A stretch of 64,000 nt of DNA from a virus. Lineage: Duplodnaviria > Caudoviricetes. Below, piece after piece: positions 59,449-64,000 of the stretch. The DNA is taken from IMG/VR virus record IMGVR_UViG_3300048691_000224. One strand, 5' to 3'. The position numbers and the translations under genes were made by a program. The notes under the pieces are model-generated. The model saw nothing but the letters and a program-made list of their open reading frames with translations, made no database searches and was not told the origin of the DNA. The stretch's first letter is position 1, and each line of letters opens with the position of its first letter.

Positions 59449-60870
59449 TTAGCGCCTCCATCGCTCATCACGAACTTTGTGCTCGCGACCGACCATTGGA
59501 TCATCATACTCATATTTTGGCTCAAGTGAATTATCATTCATTGTTCCAGTTCGAGCCCACGGTTCATGGTGAGGATATCGACTTGGCCAGAAGCAGTCAA
59601 GTGGATCAGCTTTCGGTGCTGTAGGGGCGGTTGGTCCATTCATATCAATGCGGGCGGCGGTTTCAGTGATATTCCCACCAGCTTTTTCAGTGATATTCCC
59701 ACCAGCTGATTCTGTGATGTTTTTACCAATATTATCAAGCATACTACCGCCGGCGGTGTGCATTATATCACCCCCAGCTGTCATTTGAATATTCTTAACC
59801 GCATCGAGAAAAATGCTGCCCTCCGTCTTCAGATGAATGCTATCATATGCAAATAAGCGTACGGTAGCTTCACCTATTAAATTAATATCTGGTGCATTGA
59901 CAGAGATCTTAGTTGTCGAGAATAATTCAACACACCCATCTTCGTCAAACTCCATCCAATTGTTGCCTTTGCATGTATTGATGTAGATGCGCTCATTTGT
60001 ATCATCCAAGATAATCTGGTGGCCAGCCGTGGTACGGAATCGCATTCTACAGTTCTCGATTCGATCATCCATCGTAATAGAGTGAAACCCCGGAGTAGTC
60101 CATGTGTACACGGAACTGTCAGGAGAGTCAGCGTTGGTTCTATCCATCGTCTCAGCCATCCCTTGGACTACAAAAATTACGGTACCATCCTCTTGCTCGA
60201 ATTCGACAATTTCGTCGTCTGTAACATTACACGGACTTGGGTCTAGATAATTATCGAAAATTGCAGTGGCTTGATAGTCAGCGCCGCGGGTGCGCCACTC
60301 AAAATTGTGATCTCTACGTTCGAACGCTTCTGTTTGATTATCGAAGATCGGTTGGATTGGTTCTTCTGTTCCACTCAATGGACCATATGGCGCACCAAGT
60401 GGGTGTGGAACATTACCTTCTTCATCCTCATAGAAAAATCTACCGTGAGGGAGGGTGTTTGTTGTGAATTGGTCGTAGATGCACCCAATCCAGATTCGTT
60501 GAGTTGGATTTCCATCGATGCACATTACGACGACTGTTGCACCAGGCTTCGGTATATTCCACATGCCGTAAGTGACAGGCCCATTAGTTAAGTTCTTCTC
60601 TAGTTCATAACTTGGGCCACGCTTCAAAATTGAAGTCGATGTTCCTGCTAATGGTGAACAATATGTGCAGAGTGGCAGATCTTCATATTCATCTTGAGCA
60701 AGATCGACTGGATCCCCTAGTTCGGGGCAATGGACGTACAATCGACCCATCTGTTGAGGATCATTGGTACTAACAACACGGCCGGTTGTTACACCATAAA
60801 ACAGTGCGCCGCCCCTAGAGGCGTCGCTATTGACATATTGAGTTCGTTCGGTATTAAAAAATTCTGCCAT
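59449..60870 (-). CDS. Baseplate central spike (T4 gp5/VgrG-like OB fold and beta-helix)
   Basis: NDPQQMGRLYV; PKPGATVVV...DGNP; GHQIILDD; repetitive AGGNITE strands. Confidence 0.8.
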   Translation of the reverse strand: MAEFFNTERTQYVNSDASRGGALFYGVTTGRVVSTNDPQQMGRLYVHCPELGDPVDLAQDEYEDLPLCTYCSPLAGTSTSILKRGPSYELEKNLTNGPVTYGMWNIPKPGATVVVMCIDGNPTQRIWIGCIYDQFTTNTLPHGRFFYEDEEGNVPHPLGAPYGPLSGTEEPIQPIFDNQTEAFERRDHNFEWRTRGADYQATAIFDNYLDPSPCNVTDDEIVEFEQEDGTVIFVVQGMAETMDRTNADSPDSSVYTWTTPGFHSITMDDRIENCRMRFRTTAGHQIILDDTNERIYINTCKGNNWMEFDEDGCVELFSTTKISVNAPDINLIGEATVRLFAYDSIHLKTEGSIFLDAVKNIQMTAGGDIMHTAGGSMLDNIGKNITESAGGNITEKAGGNITETAARIDMNGPTAPTAPKADPLDCFWPSRYPHHEPWARTGTMNDNSLEPKYEYDDPMVGREHKVRDERWRR

Positions 60871-60871
60871 A

Positions 60872-63280
60872 TTACTTCTGTGTTTTTTGAGTTTTCTTGT
60901 ACGGGATGTACTGTTTGTTGCCTAGGTATCTGAGAATGCTTTTTTTACCCTTTGGGTTGAAAGCAACGTGAATCCAAACACTCTTGTTGGGGGGTTGCTC
61001 AAAAATGACTTGACTGAAAGGCAACCCAGATGCTAATATCTTTTCCATAAATGCCTCAGCATCGGACGCTGCAAAGCCAGGACAAACGATGTCAGCGGCT
61101 AAGCCGGATACGTGATCAGACTTTGCAGCACCTTTCACCTTGGCGTTAACTGTAGGAGATCTGTATCCACTGTTAATTTGAATCGGGAACCCAACAAATT
61201 TCTGCAGCTGCTGGAGGTACCCAATTGTAGATACGATGTTATCCAAAATCTCCTGCGATGGTGGAAAGTTATCCTTCTGCCAGTTGGCAACCTGTCTAGT
61301 AGCTAACATTCGTCCGAGTGTAAAGTCCTCCGTAATCTTGGTCTCTGCTGATACACTATCTATTAAGAACTTTCCACTCAATGATGATGTGGGTACTACA
61401 CCAGGAATAGCTTTGATCTCTGATGTCACAGTATCTTCACGAGCAGCCTCAAGCTCAACAGGGACATCTTTCTTGCTCTGAGGTTTACCAGCAGCTTCCC
61501 CAGCAGATGGCTGATCATCTCGTGTCGGAACTATCTCTCCCGTCATAGGGTACCCAATAATCTCCAGCTCGTGCCTAAATTTACCATCTGCAAATATTGA
61601 CTTCACTTGGAGAATTTGCCAGACCCCTTCGTACCAAAAAGCATCATATGTAGGAATTTCTTCTCGACTTGCTCCCGTCTTGGTATAAGTCGAGGGCATC
61701 TTGACGTGTATTTTAATATACGGAAGTGCGGTGTGTAGTCCGATATCAATGGTCTCATCGATCACATTCCCCGGCTCCAGGTTAAATAATGAGATCCAAG
61801 CTGGATTTCCCCGAATTCCCAAAGTCGCGGCAGATTTTGCTACAGTGATAGATGTTGATTCGGAAAGTAAGTTTTTATACTGCGTTATCGCAACATCCAT
61901 GTCTGAATTTCGCTGACGAACCGAATCCGACATTGCCCCCACCCCAACAAGAGTATTGTCAGGGATTTGCTTAGCTGGATCTTTTTCATTTGTCAGAAAC
62001 CCCGACTCCTTTGCTCGCGCTGTTCCATCTCGAGTGAGTGATGGTGATCTATATGAGGTGCTAAGACTTTGATTCGTGGTCACAGTTTGAAACAAAGGGA
62101 ATCCTTCATCTACTACCATATCAAAATCTGTGATGTCTATATTCTTTCCTGTAAAAATATAGTCAAAGTGTAATACATTACTCGTTTCTTGGAGGTTTTT
62201 ATCTTCAGAGATCTGTTTGTGTTCACCCACAACATACGAAGGTGTAATCCTATACACAACATCGAGTGAGTCTTTCATCGTGTAAATGGTTGATACTATT
62301 CGATATGTAAACGATTTGCCTGGGATTTTCTCATTCGCTTGCTGTAGGTACTGCTTGCAGGATTCAAATACCAATCGAATTGCACCTTCGATTGCGATCT
62401 TTTGTCCTACAGATATTGCGTTTGTTTGCCCTGAGCCCTGAGATCGTGGGGATTTATCTTCTGTTATCGCCCAATCAGAAGCTTCAGCGATTGATGGGTC
62501 AAATTCAATTGTATATGTTGCTACTCGTTTGTTACCAACACTACCAAACATCGTCTTGCAATTCTTCAACGCATCTTGAGTGTATGCGTCCGCTATTGTA
62601 TCAAGCGCATCACCAACGCTACCACTACCACGAATGTTGATTCCACCTGCTGATGTGGATATGTTTGGGTGCATTGCTCCACTGTTAATTATGGGAAGTA
62701 GCGATAGTGAGTAGACAGTACCCTGTTCATCAATTCGTGCGCGAGATTTCAGTATGTTAAAATATAGCGGTGCAACATTCCAAACTGTTTCTACAGTTCC
62801 TTCGTCGGTGTAACCGACGAAGACAGTCTTTATCACATTAGTGTTGTCCTGAGCAAGCCCACCGAGCGTGCGGTTGGCTTCACGAAAAATATTTGCAAAC
62901 CGGATACCTGCAGGCTCTTCGACGACAATGTCGGCTTCTTGGACCGTGGCATTTGAAGTCCCCATACTCATTTGATTTGATATAGGGTTGGCGGTAGTGA
63001 TCATACTCGTTATACGAAGATCAGCATCTTGTGCTTCGTTTATCAATATAATGAAGTCGCCACCAGCAGGGGTGGCGGCTAAGCGGTTGCCAAATTCATC
63101 CTTCGGTGTGGGTTGTGATACTATTTGTTGGAGGAGTTCAACATCAGAGAATACCTCTTCAGCTCGACGGGTTGAATTTGCCATACCCCATATGTGGAAA
63201 TACGAGTATGATCTGTACTTGTCAAGTGGGTTAGTGAAGCGAGCTTTGGTAGCTGCTGGAGCAGAGTCTAGTATACGCAT
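60872..63280 (-). CDS. Baseplate hub-like protein with a C-terminal peptidase M15 domain
   Basis: INSGYRS...SDHVSGLAADI...QVIFE...WIHV; N-part lies in the baseplate operon. Confidence 0.75.
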   Translation of the reverse strand: MRILDSAPAATKARFTNPLDKYRSYSYFHIWGMANSTRRAEEVFSDVELLQQIVSQPTPKDEFGNRLAATPAGGDFIILINEAQDADLRITSMITTANPISNQMSMGTSNATVQEADIVVEEPAGIRFANIFREANRTLGGLAQDNTNVIKTVFVGYTDEGTVETVWNVAPLYFNILKSRARIDEQGTVYSLSLLPIINSGAMHPNISTSAGGINIRGSGSVGDALDTIADAYTQDALKNCKTMFGSVGNKRVATYTIEFDPSIAEASDWAITEDKSPRSQGSGQTNAISVGQKIAIEGAIRLVFESCKQYLQQANEKIPGKSFTYRIVSTIYTMKDSLDVVYRITPSYVVGEHKQISEDKNLQETSNVLHFDYIFTGKNIDITDFDMVVDEGFPLFQTVTTNQSLSTSYRSPSLTRDGTARAKESGFLTNEKDPAKQIPDNTLVGVGAMSDSVRQRNSDMDVAITQYKNLLSESTSITVAKSAATLGIRGNPAWISLFNLEPGNVIDETIDIGLHTALPYIKIHVKMPSTYTKTGASREEIPTYDAFWYEGVWQILQVKSIFADGKFRHELEIIGYPMTGEIVPTRDDQPSAGEAAGKPQSKKDVPVELEAAREDTVTSEIKAIPGVVPTSSLSGKFLIDSVSAETKITEDFTLGRMLATRQVANWQKDNFPPSQEILDNIVSTIGYLQQLQKFVGFPIQINSGYRSPTVNAKVKGAAKSDHVSGLAADIVCPGFAASDAEAFMEKILASGLPFSQVIFEQPPNKSVWIHVAFNPKGKKSILRYLGNKQYIPYKKTQKTQK

Positions 63281-63322
63281 ATGTAGTCGACAGATCTTTC
63301 CTGTACCCGCAGTCGGGTGCTG

Positions 63323-63604
63323 TTAATTTATACGGGTAGGGTGAGGTAATACAATTACTTTACCTGGGAACAATTCTTCCACCGGATCAATAATATTGTT
63401 ATATTGCAGCAACAGCCACAATAAATTATCTTTACCATATAACTTATAGGTGACTTGACTTGGTTTCAACGCTTCGACAACTGACATTTTAATATACACG
63501 TCATCAGAGCGGAACGGGAGTATCTTCCGTGTCCAGAAGCCGACACCAACGGTGTTGGTGTCCACGACCCCCCCAAAACCATATCTCGTTTTATCTGTTA
63601 CCAT
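63323..63604 (-). CDS. Baseplate wedge protein (gp53/LysM-like)
   Basis: YKLYG...LWLLLQYNNIIDP.EE..PG. Confidence 0.7.
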   Translation of the reverse strand: MVTDKTRYGFGGVVDTNTVGVGFWTRKILPFRSDDVYIKMSVVEALKPSQVTYKLYGKDNLLWLLLQYNNIIDPVEELFPGKVIVLPHPTRIN

Positions 63605-63999
63605 CCTAACATCCTACCTTGCTTGAATGCTGCAATGTCAAAACTCTCAACTTCCCTAGGTGAGTGTGTCTCTCTCAAGGTCATTGATATTGTCATTACA
63701 GCTGGGAACGGAATACCCTCAGATGTTGGTATGTAGTCGACGTCATTTGGATAATCGTACGTCAGACTCTCAATCACAACTGGGATCTTATTTATATTTT
63801 GAGCGGATGTTGAATTTCCAGGGTCTGAATATCCATATAGGTACAACACCATCGGAGGAGCACCCAACATACTTGATTCGGTTGTTGCTGCTGCTTTAGA
63901 AGCGGCGATTCGGTTGGCTACAGCTTCTGTCTTTTGTGCTTGAGCTGCTTTTCGTGCAGCTTGAGCCGCAGAATCTGCAGCACTTTCTGTCGCTGTTTG
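63598..63999 (-). CDS. Baseplate/tail tube initiator-like protein, C-terminal part (open to the window edge)
   Basis: Frame open to 63999; PVVIESLTYDYPNDVDY...ISMTLRE. Confidence 0.6.
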   Translation of the reverse strand, partial: QTATESAADSAAQAARKAAQAQKTEAVANRIAASKAAATTESSMLGAPPMVLYLYGYSDPGNSTSAQNINKIPVVIESLTYDYPNDVDYIPTSEGIPFPAVMTISMTLRETHSPREVESFDIAAFKQGRMLGW

Positions 64000-64000
64000 G

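Overview
The window is part of a large T4-like (jumbo) myovirus genome infecting a Gram-negative host. Evidence includes T4-type late promoters (TATAAATA), rIIA/rIIB, an Rz/Rz1 spanin pair and baseplate genes. From left to right: (1) a + strand late cassette of tail/receptor-binding genes (563-5058), with a 75-bp in-frame repeat and an RCC1+LRR protein; (2) a secreted NucA-type nuclease and rIIB/rIIA; (3) about 21 kb of small early genes driven by a repeated sigma70-type promoter cassette; (4) a cluster of about 23 tRNA genes (15187-20697 and 26560-26720), interleaved with a ferritin-like protein, an HNH endonuclease and many structured non-coding elements; (5) replication and nucleotide genes: primase, ClpP, DHFR, an Acb1-like 2H phosphoesterase, exonuclease, dCTP deaminase/dUTPase, a TGT/DpdA-like protein, QueD, FolE and NrdA; (6) two fractured genes (DNA polymerase B and NrdB), each split inside an intein with a free-standing endonuclease between the halves; (7) virion and baseplate genes. 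The most unusual signal is a family of tRNA-mimicking ncRNA candidates. Three D-arm/T-arm elements are locked in long terminal stems and have their own promoters (21234-21766). A 140-nt double cloverleaf has swapped acceptor strands (20346-20485). A tRNA body carries a hairpin inserted in its anticodon loop (29185-29285). Two CCA-ending cloverleaves share an aberrant TAAGAGT T-loop. All protein calls come from motif recognition by eye and all RNA folds were paired by hand; no database search or folding program was run.
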